Position numbers and translations under genes: made by a program. A stretch of 63,511 nt of DNA, counting the filler, from Candidatus Tectimicrobiota bacterium (GTDB taxonomy: Bacteria > JACPSX01), in NCBI GenBank assembly GCA_016193065.1. It is 4 parts of 4 records of this genome, joined end to end, with 100 filler letters (N's around TTAATTAATTAA, not from the genome) between each part and the next. Parts side by side here need not be neighbours in the genome. Positions count along the whole stretch, not along the records: positions 39,787 to 56,694 come from JACPSX010000043.1; positions 56,795 to 63,511 come from JACPSX010000044.1; 2 more parts are not named here. The stretch is one strand, 5' to 3'. Each line of letters opens with the position of its first letter. The first letter of the stretch is position 1. This document shows positions 52,420 through 62,441 of this stretch, in pieces. The notes beneath the pieces were generated by a model, which saw nothing but the letters and a program-made list of their open reading frames with translations, was not told the DNA's origin and ran no database searches.

Positions 52420-52890
52420 ATGGTCACGATTGCGCGCCGCACAGTCCTGAAGGTGATCGGACAACTCTCCGTTTTTGGCGCCTTTTTGATCCAGATTGGA
52501 GGAGCCGTGAGGGCCTTTATCCCCAATGTCCTTTACGAGCCACCCAAGAAATTTAAAGTCGGCAAACCGGAAGACTACCCGGAGGGGGTTAATTTCGTCC
52601 CAGAGCATAGACTTTTCACTGTGCGCAGCGCCAACGAGTTTGGAATTATTTCTGCCGTTTGTACCCACCTGGGCTGCACGGTACGTTGGGAATCCAAGGT
52701 TCCGGAATTCGAATGTCCCTGTCACGGCAGCCACTTCAGGCCTGACGGGACGGTCATTTCCGGGCCCGCGCCCCGACCGCTCGCCTGGTTTGCCCTCTCC
52801 CTGTCTCCCGATGGATATCTCGTTGTAGATAGATCAGAGCAAGTGGCCAGTACCTACCGTTTTAGCCCACCGGCAAAGGAGAAAGCATGA
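52420..52890 (+). CDS. Rieske [2Fe-2S] protein
   Basis: RR (Tat-like) N-terminus, [19 protein letters not shown]. Confidence 0.93.
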   Translation: MVTIARRTVLKVIGQLSVFGAFLIQIGGAVRAFIPNVLYEPPKKFKVGKPEDYPEGVNFVPEHRLFTVRSANEFGIISAVCTHLGCTVRWESKVPEFECPCHGSHFRPDGTVISGPAPRPLAWFALSLSPDGYLVVDRSEQVASTYRFSPPAKEKA

Positions 52891-54188
52891 AAACCCGGCT
52901 GCTCTCTCTGTGGAGGACTCTGACCTGGAGCTGGACGCCCATCAGTGAGCGCGAGGCGGGAGAGGCAGTGGTACGAAATTTCTGGATCCACTGGTTTCCT
53001 GCCAAGGTAGCTGACCAAAGTTTCAGTTGGAGCTATTCCCTGTGGCTCGGGACCATTTCTCTGGTCCTGTTCTTTATTCTGACCGTGACCGGTTTTCTTC
53101 TGATGTTTTTCTACGTGCCCTCCGTGGAAAGGGCCTATTGGAGCATCAAGGACCTGGATTTTTCCGTGAGTTTTGGCTGGCTTCTACGCAATCAGCACCG
53201 CTGGGCCGCTCACCTCATGGTGGCCACCGTTTTCCTCCACATGGCCCGGGTCTTTTTTACCTGTGCCTATCGGGGGAGGCGGGCCCTGAACTGGCAGGTC
53301 GGGATTACTCTGCTGCTTTCAACACTCCTCCTGTCCTTCACGGGCTATCTTCTTCCCTGGGATCAACTTGCCCTGTGGGCCATCACGGTCGGGACAAACA
53401 TTGCCAAAGAAGCCCCCCTGGTTGGAGATTGGATTTACTTTCTCTTGCTTGGCGGCAACGTGATCGGCCAGGAAACGCTGATCCGCTTCTACGTCTTCCA
53501 CGTTTTTATCATTCCGGGGTTCGTTCTGCTGGCAGTCGCCTATCACATGTGGCGGATTCGCAAAGACGGCGGGCTGGCTGCGCTGGACCGCCTGGAGAGT
53601 AGCGCTGAAATCAAAGAAAAGGCTCCCGTACCCACGAAGACCTACTCCCTCTTCGGGCTGGCCAAGGGGACCTCGGTCCAGGTGAAAGGAGTAGACAAAA
53701 TTGGAGAAGAGAATAGCCTTTTTGCGACCCCCCATCTGCTCCGCCGGATCATGCTTGTCTTTCTTGTGACTTTCACGGCAACTCTTCTCCTGGCCATCTT
53801 TTTCAACGCGCCTCTCGAGGAAGCAGCCAACCCTTCCGTCACGCCAAATCCCGCCAAGGCCCCCTGGTACTTCCTCTGGCTGCAAGAGCTGGTGGCCGAC
53901 ACGACCTTACACCTGGGAAAATATACGATCAGCGGCGGGCTCATTGGGGGCATCCTGATTCCGGGGCTGTTGTTATTGCTGGCGGCACTTTGGCCGTTTC
54001 TTGACAGGAGCTCTCCGCAAAGTTTGGGAGTCTGGTTTCCTCCCGAGCGGCGGACCCAGAACTGGATCTTCGCTGTCATCGTCATCGCAATCATTCTTTT
54101 GATGTACATCGGTGTGGCCATGCGCGGACCCAACTGGAAAATCTACTGGCCTTGGCAAAATTGGCCCCAACTCCCGACACTCCTCTAG
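52887..54188 (+). CDS. cytochrome b (b6-like, fused to a subunit-IV-like domain)
   Basis: [15 protein letters not shown]-x14-H in helix [11 protein letters not shown]. Confidence 0.93.
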   Translation: MKTRLLSLWRTLTWSWTPISEREAGEAVVRNFWIHWFPAKVADQSFSWSYSLWLGTISLVLFFILTVTGFLLMFFYVPSVERAYWSIKDLDFSVSFGWLLRNQHRWAAHLMVATVFLHMARVFFTCAYRGRRALNWQVGITLLLSTLLLSFTGYLLPWDQLALWAITVGTNIAKEAPLVGDWIYFLLLGGNVIGQETLIRFYVFHVFIIPGFVLLAVAYHMWRIRKDGGLAALDRLESSAEIKEKAPVPTKTYSLFGLAKGTSVQVKGVDKIGEENSLFATPHLLRRIMLVFLVTFTATLLLAIFFNAPLEEAANPSVTPNPAKAPWYFLWLQELVADTTLHLGKYTISGGLIGGILIPGLLLLLAALWPFLDRSSPQSLGVWFPPERRTQNWIFAVIVIAIILLMYIGVAMRGPNWKIYWPWQNWPQLPTLL

Positions 54189-54224
54189 GTGTCCGGGAAT
54201 GCACACTCACTAAGAGGAAACCCC

Positions 54225-55436
54225 ATGAAACCATTGGACCGCTTTGCGAACCGGGATTTTGTATGGCTTTTTGCCATATCGATTCTCTTCTTCGCGCTGG
54301 TGGCAGCCGCAGTGGGTAGGGAGTATTCCACAGACTGGCGCGAGATCCAGACAAAGTACCGGAAGATGCTGGCGGCAAAAAAAGGGGAAACTGCTGTCAA
54401 GAACTTCCAAATCGATGCAAAGCAACTTTGGATTCCAAGATTGGGACGGGTCGATCGCTGTGTCGCATGTCACCTCTCTTATGAGGAGACGGCCTCTGTC
54501 CCCTCCGACCTTCCCGAACCGTTCAAACCACATCCCGCACTTGCTTATTTGGAACCCCATCGGTTCCCCAATTTTGGCTGCACGACCTGTCACGGAGGTC
54601 AAGGCTTCGCCACCCGAACCCGGGATGCTCACGGGACGGTGGAACACTGGGAGGACCCGCTGATTACCCGAGAGCTGGCTCAGCGCTACGGGCTTACCCG
54701 GCGGGAGTTGATGGAGGCCAAATGCAACTCCTGTCACCGGCAGGATCCGGAGACCCGAGGGATGGACCTCATCAACATGGCCAAACGTCAGATCTCGCAG
54801 AGAGGCTGCACTGGTTGTCATGCCATGGATGGGAAGGGCGGAAATGCAGGCCCCGATTTAACCTATGCGGGCGACAAAAATCCGGAACTCTTGGATTTCT
54901 CCAACGTAGAAGGGGAAAAGACTGCATTGAATTGGCACGTGCAACACTTCAAGGACCCTCAAAAGGTCGTCCCCGGCAGCATCATGCCCAATTTGGGGAT
55001 CCCTGACCGGGAAGCAAAAGCTTTGGCTCTCCTGATGATGAGCTGGAGAAAAGAGAATTTCTCTCCGGAATACGTCTCCAGGCCTCGCCCCGCGGCGGCA
55101 AAAGTCATACCTGCTGCGGCACAAGCACCTTTTCCGCCTCTGAATCCTCAAGCTTCGGAAGCCGCGAAACGGGGACGCGAGACTTTCCAGAACAAGGGCT
55201 GTCGGACCTGTCACTCGGTGGGCGGAGGCCGCATCATCGGCCCCGACCTGCTCGGCGTCTCCCGAAAACGGAGCAAGGAGTGGCTCAGGGCGTGGTTGGG
55301 GGATCCCGCTGCCTTTATTCGCTCCCATCCCGAGCTTAAGAGCTGGCCCGATGAGTTCGGGGGAGTTGTCATGCCGAATCAGAACCTTTCCTCGGAGGAA
55401 ATTTCGGCCCTGGTGGAATTTCTGGGGACCTTGTGA
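54225..55436 (+). CDS. membrane-anchored pentaheme cytochrome c of the Rieske/cytb complex
   Basis: N-terminal TM; CVACH, CTTCH, CNSCH, CTGCH, CRTCH. Confidence 0.9.
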   Translation: MKPLDRFANRDFVWLFAISILFFALVAAAVGREYSTDWREIQTKYRKMLAAKKGETAVKNFQIDAKQLWIPRLGRVDRCVACHLSYEETASVPSDLPEPFKPHPALAYLEPHRFPNFGCTTCHGGQGFATRTRDAHGTVEHWEDPLITRELAQRYGLTRRELMEAKCNSCHRQDPETRGMDLINMAKRQISQRGCTGCHAMDGKGGNAGPDLTYAGDKNPELLDFSNVEGEKTALNWHVQHFKDPQKVVPGSIMPNLGIPDREAKALALLMMSWRKENFSPEYVSRPRPAAAKVIPAAAQAPFPPLNPQASEAAKRGRETFQNKGCRTCHSVGGGRIIGPDLLGVSRKRSKEWLRAWLGDPAAFIRSHPELKSWPDEFGGVVMPNQNLSSEEISALVEFLGTL

Positions 55437-55468
55437 AGAGAAGCGGGAAAACAAGGCCTCGTTAAGAA

Positions 55469-56694
55469 ATGCTCAGGTTAAGATCCCGGAGGTTTCGATG
55501 CATCGTGAGTGACCCCGCTTTCCCAGAAAAAATCAGCCACAAGATCCGCCTCTACCTGATCGTCACATTCTCGGCCGTGGCGTTGACCGGAGCCGTCTCG
55601 ATTATCAGCACCCGCAACATCTTTCTCAGTTCCAAGAAGATCAACAGTCTTAACCAGCACATCAAAATCATGGACCAGTTTCATATCCTCTTCCATCACC
55701 TCATTGACGAGCTCCATCGTGCCATCATCCTCAAGACACTCGATCGGCAGGAGCATATTCGCGATCTGGAACAAGAGCTCAAGGAACAGCTCGTCCGCTA
55801 CCGCGCCGAACACCTGGGGGAAATTCCGTCCCCGGAACAGACGCTTGAGATGACCCTGGTCGAGGAAATCCAGAGATCTACCGCCCAGCTTCTCAGTCTT
55901 TCCGGAAGCATCCAAAAGCTCATTGCCAAGAGACAGAAGATACCCAATGAGCAATTTGGTCTTCTCGACGGCATTGCGCACACGATCCCCCCGGTAAATC
56001 AACAACTCAACGAACTTCACCTAAAAGAGATCCGGGGACTGATCCAAGAGAATACCTCCAGGATGGATATGATTTTCTGGATCTACCTGGGATTCCTCGC
56101 ATTTGGAACCGTTGCGACAGTCCTGGGGATTCGGAAATTCTCGACAGCCATCATTCATCCCCTCCAACTCCTGACATCGGCCACAGTTGAGGTCGGATCC
56201 GGAGCCCAGGGCAAAAGAATCGACGTTGCTTCCAAGGACGAATTCGGTCAACTCTCCCATTTTTTCAATGAAATGCTCGAAACACTTGAAAACCGTGAAC
56301 GTGAACTCAGAGCGTCTCAAAGGGATCTCGCCCGGCACGTGAGGGAACTCGAGGCCTTGCACCGAATCAACGTAGAAATTTCAGGCCTGCTCGATCTAGA
56401 CCAGGTCTTGAAGCTGGTCGTTGAAAAAGCGCGTGAGTTGATGGGGACCGATCTAGCGTCTCTATGTACCCCCGCCGCAGATGGAAACGGATTCACCCCT
56501 CAGACGGTCAGCAGCCCGGAAAGATTATCCGGACTCTTCGAGGCCAACAGACGCTGCACGTTTCAGGAGAGCTCTCATTCCGATCTTCCGGGTCCGGAAT
56601 GCGCAATCCCTCTGGAGTATCGTAGAGCTTACCTATCCGCTCCCTTGAAGCGAGGGGATCATATCGCCGGTGTCCTGTGCGTGGGCTGCAAGTC
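55469..56694 (+). CDS. HAMP/GAF sensor protein, paralog of 46824-48752 (3' truncated)
   Basis: two TM helices, DEFGQL, VVEKAREL, APLKRG..LCVG. Confidence 0.82.
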
Positions 56695-56794
56695 NNNNNN
56701 NNNNNNNNNNNNNNNNNNNNNNNNNNNNNNNNNNNNNNTTAATTAATTAANNNNNNNNNNNNNNNNNNNNNNNNNNNNNNNNNNNNNNNNNNNN
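56695..56794. other. artificial contig-join linker
   Basis: N-run + TTAATTAATTAA + N-run. Confidence 0.97.
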
Positions 56795-56959
56795 CGGCTG
56801 TACACACGCTTGGGGGGAGGAATGTATCCTCCGTAGAGCTCCTCCGGCATCCGTCCACCTCTAGGCGGTCGTAAGGGAAAGTTTTACACTCAGCCCCTCA
56901 CCTATTGCGACACAGTCTCTCAAGGGGGAGGGGTTCTTGTTTTTTCCTCCGGTGTTCTA

Positions 56960-58141
56960 TCAACGTCCCCCGCAGACGGGAAACTTGAAGGGGTAATTGT
57001 GCAACGGGACCGCTCCTCCGGGTTTTACGACCACGGCGCTCCCCAGTTGGAGTCCCGCCCGCTGGTCCTTCGTGACCGGGTTGGGCTGGATCACGATCAC
57101 CATGTTCTCCTGGAAGGTGAAGGGCTCAAATGTATGAGATGAGCTCTTGGTCCCGATCTCGGGGTTGCGGCCCCCCTCGCCGTGGACCAGGCTGTCGTAC
57201 ACCGTGAACCCCCGCTCCTCGATGATGGCGGTGGCCTCCATGATCTCCTCGCTCGTGCTGCCGGGTTTCAGAGCCAGGCGGACCTGCTCGAAGCATTCCC
57301 AGGCCACATCGAAGAGCTGCCGGTAGAGAGGGGCGGGCTCGGCGGCCACGGCAAAGGGGCGGTGGATCTGGGCACCGTAGCCCCAGTAGCTGATCGTGAT
57401 CTCGGTAATCACCACATCCCCGGCTTGCAAGGTTCTAGGGGTCAGGAACTGCCAGGGGACGAAGCGGCCGGGATCGGCCATGGGGGTGGTGGCAATAAAG
57501 TGAATCCCCATGTGTCCCCCATCGGGAAGGAAGGCCTCGTGGACGATGGCGGAGAGATCGTGCTCGCTGAGGCCCGGTCGAATCTTTCTCTCCAGCAATT
57601 CGCAGGTGAGATCCGTCAGGTAGGCGCTGCGGCGGAACCACTCCAGCTCCTCCTCGCTGCGAATCCAGCGGATCTCGTTGTACGGCTTGGAAACATCGAC
57701 GAACTCCACTTCGGGAATCTGCTTTTGCAAGGCCACAAACTGGCTGTAGGGAATCGAATTCCCCAGCCCGATCACCCCCACCCGTCCCCGACCCAGCCCC
57801 AGTTCTTTGAGGCGATCCGCCACCGCCTTGGCCGCGGAGGGCCAGTAGCAACGCACATCCCCGAAGATGGACATGACCTTGGTGCAGGGAATATGGTTAA
57901 AAAAATGCAAAAAGAGCGTGGAATCCCCTTCCCGTGGGTACACCAACCAGGCCGGGGAGCGGGGAATGTAGTTGCTCAGGTAGTGGACGGCCCCCTGGGC
58001 GCCGGGCCCGCCATGGAGGACGAGGGCCGGCAAGCCTTCGCGGTCCATCATCCCGCGGACCGCTTTGAACCTGCGCTCATACTCCTGCCGGGAAAAACGT
58101 GGGTACAAATTCTCCTCCCTCTCCCAGGGCCTTGTCTCCAT
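56960..58141 (-). CDS. M24 (creatinase/Xaa-Pro peptidase fold) protein
   Basis: FSRQEYERR, IRSEEE, RPGLSE, GDVV, FQENMV. Confidence 0.82.
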   Translation of the reverse strand: METRPWEREENLYPRFSRQEYERRFKAVRGMMDREGLPALVLHGGPGAQGAVHYLSNYIPRSPAWLVYPREGDSTLFLHFFNHIPCTKVMSIFGDVRCYWPSAAKAVADRLKELGLGRGRVGVIGLGNSIPYSQFVALQKQIPEVEFVDVSKPYNEIRWIRSEEELEWFRRSAYLTDLTCELLERKIRPGLSEHDLSAIVHEAFLPDGGHMGIHFIATTPMADPGRFVPWQFLTPRTLQAGDVVITEITISYWGYGAQIHRPFAVAAEPAPLYRQLFDVAWECFEQVRLALKPGSTSEEIMEATAIIEERGFTVYDSLVHGEGGRNPEIGTKSSSHTFEPFTFQENMVIVIQPNPVTKDQRAGLQLGSAVVVKPGGAVPLHNYPFKFPVCGGR

Positions 58142-58160
58142 ATCTCCTCCCTTTTCAAAA

Positions 58161-58430
58161 TCAAAAGAAAACGGGGAGAGCCGCGTTTTCCTTCTCCATG
58201 GCTTCCCGCCCGGCCGTGACGGCCTTTTCCAGGATTTCCTTGCGGGACTCTACGAAGTGCTTGCCCTTTTCCAGAGCCTCATCGGCCAGGCCCTTGATCT
58301 TCACCCGAGATTCCTTTCCGGAAGTCGGCGCCAGGAGCATGGCAACACTGGCTCCGAGAAGACCGCCAATAAGGAAGGCCAATCCGATTGCTCCACTGGA
58401 AAACCCCTTGTCCTCAGACATGATCGTCAC
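58161..58430 (-). CDS. YtxH-domain protein
   Basis: FLIGGLLGASVAMLLAPTSGKESR. Confidence 0.85.
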   Translation of the reverse strand: MTIMSEDKGFSSGAIGLAFLIGGLLGASVAMLLAPTSGKESRVKIKGLADEALEKGKHFVESRKEILEKAVTAGREAMEKENAALPVFF

Positions 58431-58773
58431 CTCCCTTCCGCAAACTCTTCAGCAGGACACTCAGACCCACCCCGAAACCCTTGACGATTGCAGACACGTA
58501 CACGATTTGTTTTACTATATTCCCGGTCCGAATGGCCTTGAAGCCCCGCACGGCGCCAATGCTGTCTCCCAGAGCGCCCAGGACATGAACCCCCCGGGAG
58601 ACCCCCTTCATGACCTGCCGGGTCTGAGAGGCCAGCTCCTTTGTCTCCGTTAACATCTCCTCGGCCGCCCGGGCCGTCCTCCTGACCTGGACCAGGGTGC
58701 AGACCAGGTAAACAACCAGGACGACGAACGTTATGGAAACAACGATGACGGAAATCTCAAATATCATCCTCAC
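58414..58773 (-). CDS. DUF948/YoxC-like membrane protein
   Basis: N-terminal TM, LVQVRRTA coiled segment, adjacent to YtxH. Confidence 0.7.
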   Translation of the reverse strand: MRMIFEISVIVVSITFVVLVVYLVCTLVQVRRTARAAEEMLTETKELASQTRQVMKGVSRGVHVLGALGDSIGAVRGFKAIRTGNIVKQIVYVSAIVKGFGVGLSVLLKSLRKGGDDHV

Positions 58774-59032
58774 CCCCGGGCAGGCAATTCACTATTAAAT
58801 ATATCCCCTGTTTCCTATTCCGACAATGCTCGGAAGATTTCAGGGAGATCGTGACTCCCGTGGTCTCCGGTCCACAGCAGGGGGGAGACTGATGCCAGCC
58901 CTTCGGGCCATCCATACTCTCAGTCGATCGGGCATGTCAGGGGAAATCACTTAAAAGCCTACATGGAAGCAGCCATCCGGTCAAGAGGATTTGCGGAGCC
59001 AAGGGGCTGCGCGTGCTTGCGTTCCTGCCCGA

Positions 59033-59686
59033 TCAAACCCGGTGGGACAAGCGGTTTTCCAGAAGGCGGCTCAACCGGGATAGCCCGAAGGCGAAGACCC
59101 AGTAAGCCATGGCGATAAACACGTAGAGCTCAAAGGGCCGTATCTCTCTCTGGCTCACGATGCTGGCGGCCCGGGTCAGCTCGATCACGCCGATGATGTA
59201 GGCGAGAGAAGTATCCTTGAAGAGAACGATAAACTGGGTCACCAGGGACGGCAGCATGTTGCGCAGGGCCTGAGGCAAAATGACGTAGCGCATCATTTGC
59301 GGGGTGGTGAGGTTCGTCGACAGGGCCGCATCGACCTGTCCCCGCGGGACGGATTGTATACCCGCCCGGACAATCTCGGCCATATAGGCCCCCTCGAAGA
59401 CCACGAAGGCAATCAGGGCGCTGCCGAAGTTATCCATGGGTCGACCCGTAATGATGGGAATGAAAAAATAAAACCAGAAGATGACCATGATCAGGGGGAC
59501 GCCGCGCACAAGCTCGATGTAGAGGACAGCCGGCAGGTGCACCCAGGGGCGCCGGGCCAGACGGGCGATCCCCGCAATGATTCCCAGGGCAAAGCTTAGA
59601 ACCATGGCAATCAGGGCCAGCCGGAGGGTGACTCCGAGACCTTTGAGGAGAAACCCCAAGTTATCTGGTATGACGTTCCAGTCCAT
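59033..59686 (-). CDS. polar amino acid ABC permease
   Basis: RGVPL, AYMAEIVRAGIQSV, KDTSL. Confidence 0.93.
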   Translation of the reverse strand: MDWNVIPDNLGFLLKGLGVTLRLALIAMVLSFALGIIAGIARLARRPWVHLPAVLYIELVRGVPLIMVIFWFYFFIPIITGRPMDNFGSALIAFVVFEGAYMAEIVRAGIQSVPRGQVDAALSTNLTTPQMMRYVILPQALRNMLPSLVTQFIVLFKDTSLAYIIGVIELTRAASIVSQREIRPFELYVFIAMAYWVFAFGLSRLSRLLENRLSHRV

Positions 59687-59694
59687 CCCTAACC

Positions 59695-60389
59695 TTAACC
59701 TTCCGGGGAGAGGCCGCGCGCAATGAGTCCGGGGATGGCCAACCGCCGTTCCACCCTTCCCATCAGGGCCGCGACCACAAGACAGAGGACCAAATAAATG
59801 AGGGTGCCCGCCGCAACCGCCTCCAGCCCTCTGGCCGTGTACGATTCCACCTGCCGGGTCATGAAGGTCAGCTCCGCCACGCCGATGGTGAGAGCCAGAG
59901 AGGAATTTTTCAGAAGGTCCTGGGCCGTCGACAGCCCGGTAGACGCCGAGGCTTCCAGCAAAGCGCGGGGAACGGCCTGAATCCCGGCCCGGAACACTTC
60001 GCCGAACCGGGCCCCCGAGTAAACCCCCAGACCCAGTACCGCGGACCAGAACTCCACCCCGTGCTCCACGAGCCATTCCCGGAAGGCCTGGGGGAGCACC
60101 TCCGGGGCCGCGAAGTACCAGAAGAACAGATGGACCAGCAGGGGGATATTGCGGAAGAACTCCACGTATACGGTGCCGATCGCCCGCAAGAACCGCCAGG
60201 GCAGGGTCCGCAACGCACCGACCAGCAGGCCAATGACCAGGGCCTGCAGCCACGCCAGTCCGGAGAGCTTGAGCGTGGCTGCAACCCCTTGAACCAACCA
60301 CCCCAGGTAGGGCTCTTGGAAAGGACCTCCCAGCGAAATTCGTACGACAGACCCAGGAAGCCCGCCGCGGTTACAGGAACGAGAAGCAT
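59695..60389 (-). CDS. polar amino acid ABC permease with frameshift (~60320) and internal deletion (~59920)
   Basis: FRNIPLLV, EVFRAGI, KNSSLA; the N-terminus is in another frame; the segment after GLSTAQ is missing. Confidence 0.8.
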
Positions 60390-60394
60390 TCGCG

Positions 60395-61249
60395 CTAACG
60401 AGGAAGGACCAGATATTTCAGGAACACTCGCACTTCCGGGCTGAGAGGGTAGGGAACTTCCCCTTTCGGCCCGAACCACTTTTCATAGAGGCGAAAGTAT
60501 TCTCCCTCCTCGATGGCTTCCATAAGGGCAACGTCGACCAGAAGCCGGAAGTCCGGGTCATCGCGGCGCATGGCCATCCCGTAGGGCTCGTAGCTGAAAA
60601 AATCCCCCACAACCTGATAGTTCCCGGGGTTGGGCGCCTTTGCTTTGAGCCCTGCCAACTGCACCCCGTCATTGGTGTAAGCGTCGATCTTCCCTTGCGA
60701 GAGGGCCGTAAACGCGGCCGGCTGATCCTGAAAGACGACCAGACGGATTTTTGGCCACTTCTCGCGCACAATGCGTTCGTTGGTCGACCCCTGCTGGGCA
60801 CCCAGCCGCTTCCCCGCCAGGTCCTTCAGGCTGCGAATGCGGCTGTCCTTCTTCACCAGGAGCTGCGCGCCGGTGACAAAGAACGGGGTGCTGAAGTCGA
60901 CGCTCTCCCGGCGGGCCCGGGTGATCGTCATGGTGCCGGCGATGAGATCGACGGCGCCGCTGGACAGGAGCGGGATCCGCGTGGCCGGCACCGTTTCTTT
61001 GAGCTCGAATTTGACCGGCTTCCCCAGCTTCTGCTCGACCTTCTGGTGGATCAAGCGGGCCAGGTCGATGGAAAACCCCACCCACTCGTTCTGGCGGTTG
61101 TAGAAACCAAAGGGCGGAGAACCGGTGCGGGTGCCCACGACGAGCGCGCCGGTGCGGTTGATCTTTTCCAGTGTAGTTTCGGCGCTCCCAGACGCCGCGG
61201 CGAAAACCGCCAGCAGCACTGCCGTTAAAAAGATGGCCCCTCTTTTCAC
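60395..61249 (-). CDS. polar amino acid (Glu/Asp-like) substrate-binding protein
   Basis: SPPFG, GFSIDL, RIPLL, R.ESVDFS, EPYG. Confidence 0.92.
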   Translation of the reverse strand: MKRGAIFLTAVLLAVFAAASGSAETTLEKINRTGALVVGTRTGSPPFGFYNRQNEWVGFSIDLARLIHQKVEQKLGKPVKFELKETVPATRIPLLSSGAVDLIAGTMTITRARRESVDFSTPFFVTGAQLLVKKDSRIRSLKDLAGKRLGAQQGSTNERIVREKWPKIRLVVFQDQPAAFTALSQGKIDAYTNDGVQLAGLKAKAPNPGNYQVVGDFFSYEPYGMAMRRDDPDFRLLVDVALMEAIEEGEYFRLYEKWFGPKGEVPYPLSPEVRVFLKYLVLPR

Positions 61250-61303
61250 AGCATACCCTCCTTTCTGCGGCGAATCCGTCTGCCTCAGCGGCGGCTTCCG
61301 CCT

Positions 61304-61916
61304 TTAGTGAACCAGGATCTTGCTCAGGAAAAGACGCGTCCTCTCACTCTTTGGAGAAGCAAAGAAGTTCTCCGGATCCCCCTCTTCAATGAGGCGCCCG
61401 TCGTCCATAAAAATGATCCGATCTGCCACCCCTTTGGCAAAACCCATTTCGTGAGTGACCACCACCATGGTCATCCCCTCCCGGGCCAGACCGGCCATCA
61501 CCTCAAGGACCTCGTTGATCATCTCGGGATCCAGGGCCGAGGTTGGCTCGTCAAACAGCATGATCTTGGCTGGCCTGGGCTTCTGTCCGAGAAAGGCCCC
61601 GCACTTTCATGGGAGCCAGGCAGATGTTTTCAAGAACACTCAAATGGGGATAGAGGTTGAACTGCTGAAAAACCATCCCGACTTTGCCGCGCAGACCGGC
61701 CAGGTTCAAGCGGGGATCGTTGAGGGACATCCCATCCACGATGATGTCCCCCCCCTGGATCGGCTCAAGCCGGTTCACGCAGCGAATCAGGGTGCTCTTC
61801 CCCGAACCGCTCGGACCGCAAACGACCACGACCTCCCCGGACTGCACTTTGAGATCCACATCCTTGAGGACGTGCAAATCTCCGAACCACTTGTTGACCC
61901 GCTTGAACTCGATCAT
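61304..61916 (-). pseudogene. GlnQ-type ABC ATPase split by an out-of-frame deletion (~61570), probably an assembly error
   Basis: GPSGSGKST..MVFQQFNL in one frame and [16 protein letters not shown] in another; LSGGQ signature absent. Confidence 0.85.
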
Positions 61917-62014
61917 GGAATTTCTCCCCCGCACGGCAGGAGCCCGCCGCCACCATATCTCAAATGTGTTTCCAGTGTCAACGGCCGCAGGGTTGCAGAG
62001 GGGTCGGCGACAGA

Positions 62015-62040
62015 GGGCACCCACGCAGGGGTGCCCCTAC
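62015..62040 (-). repeat. GTAG-type REP palindrome
   Basis: minus strand GTAG-GGGCACCC-ctgcgt-GGGTGCCC. Confidence 0.65.
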
Positions 62041-62177
62041 GTGATACTTTTCGGCTCGAGGGGTAGCCCTCACAGGCAACGCCTGCAAAACGTTAAGTCG
62101 CCCGTGCGGGGCACACCCGGTCTCCCGGCTCATCACTCCTCATGCCTCGTTCAAGCGATCAACTATCATCTCCGAGG

Positions 62178-62284
62178 GGGTTGCCCCCGTAGGCGATCTA
62201 AGGGGTTGCGAGGAAGAGGACTCTCAATCCGGCCAAAGTAACTTGCATCGCAAGCCCTTCGTGAGCCAAGAGGGCACCCCCGAG
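62178..62284 (+). repeat. bipartite dispersed repeat, copy 2
   Basis: GGGTTGCCCCCGTAGGCGATCTA ... GAGCCAAGAGGGCACCCCCGAG matches the reverse complement of the 12349-12510 ends. Confidence 0.6.
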
Positions 62285-62441
62285 GAACCGGCAAGGAGAC
62301 CAATTCCTTCACAAGAATTGCCGGCGTGCAAGCGCGCTCTTTCCGGTTGCGCACAGGGCGGATTCCCGTTATCCTGCTAACGTTCCAAAATCGATCTACA
62401 ATTTAACTGGAGCAAGTCTCTTTCCTCAGGAGGATCAACCG

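Noticed and set aside
56890-56935. Insertion-sequence end (TTGCGACACAGTCTC) near the contig start
   Set aside because: Single short motif with no partner end or transposase in the window
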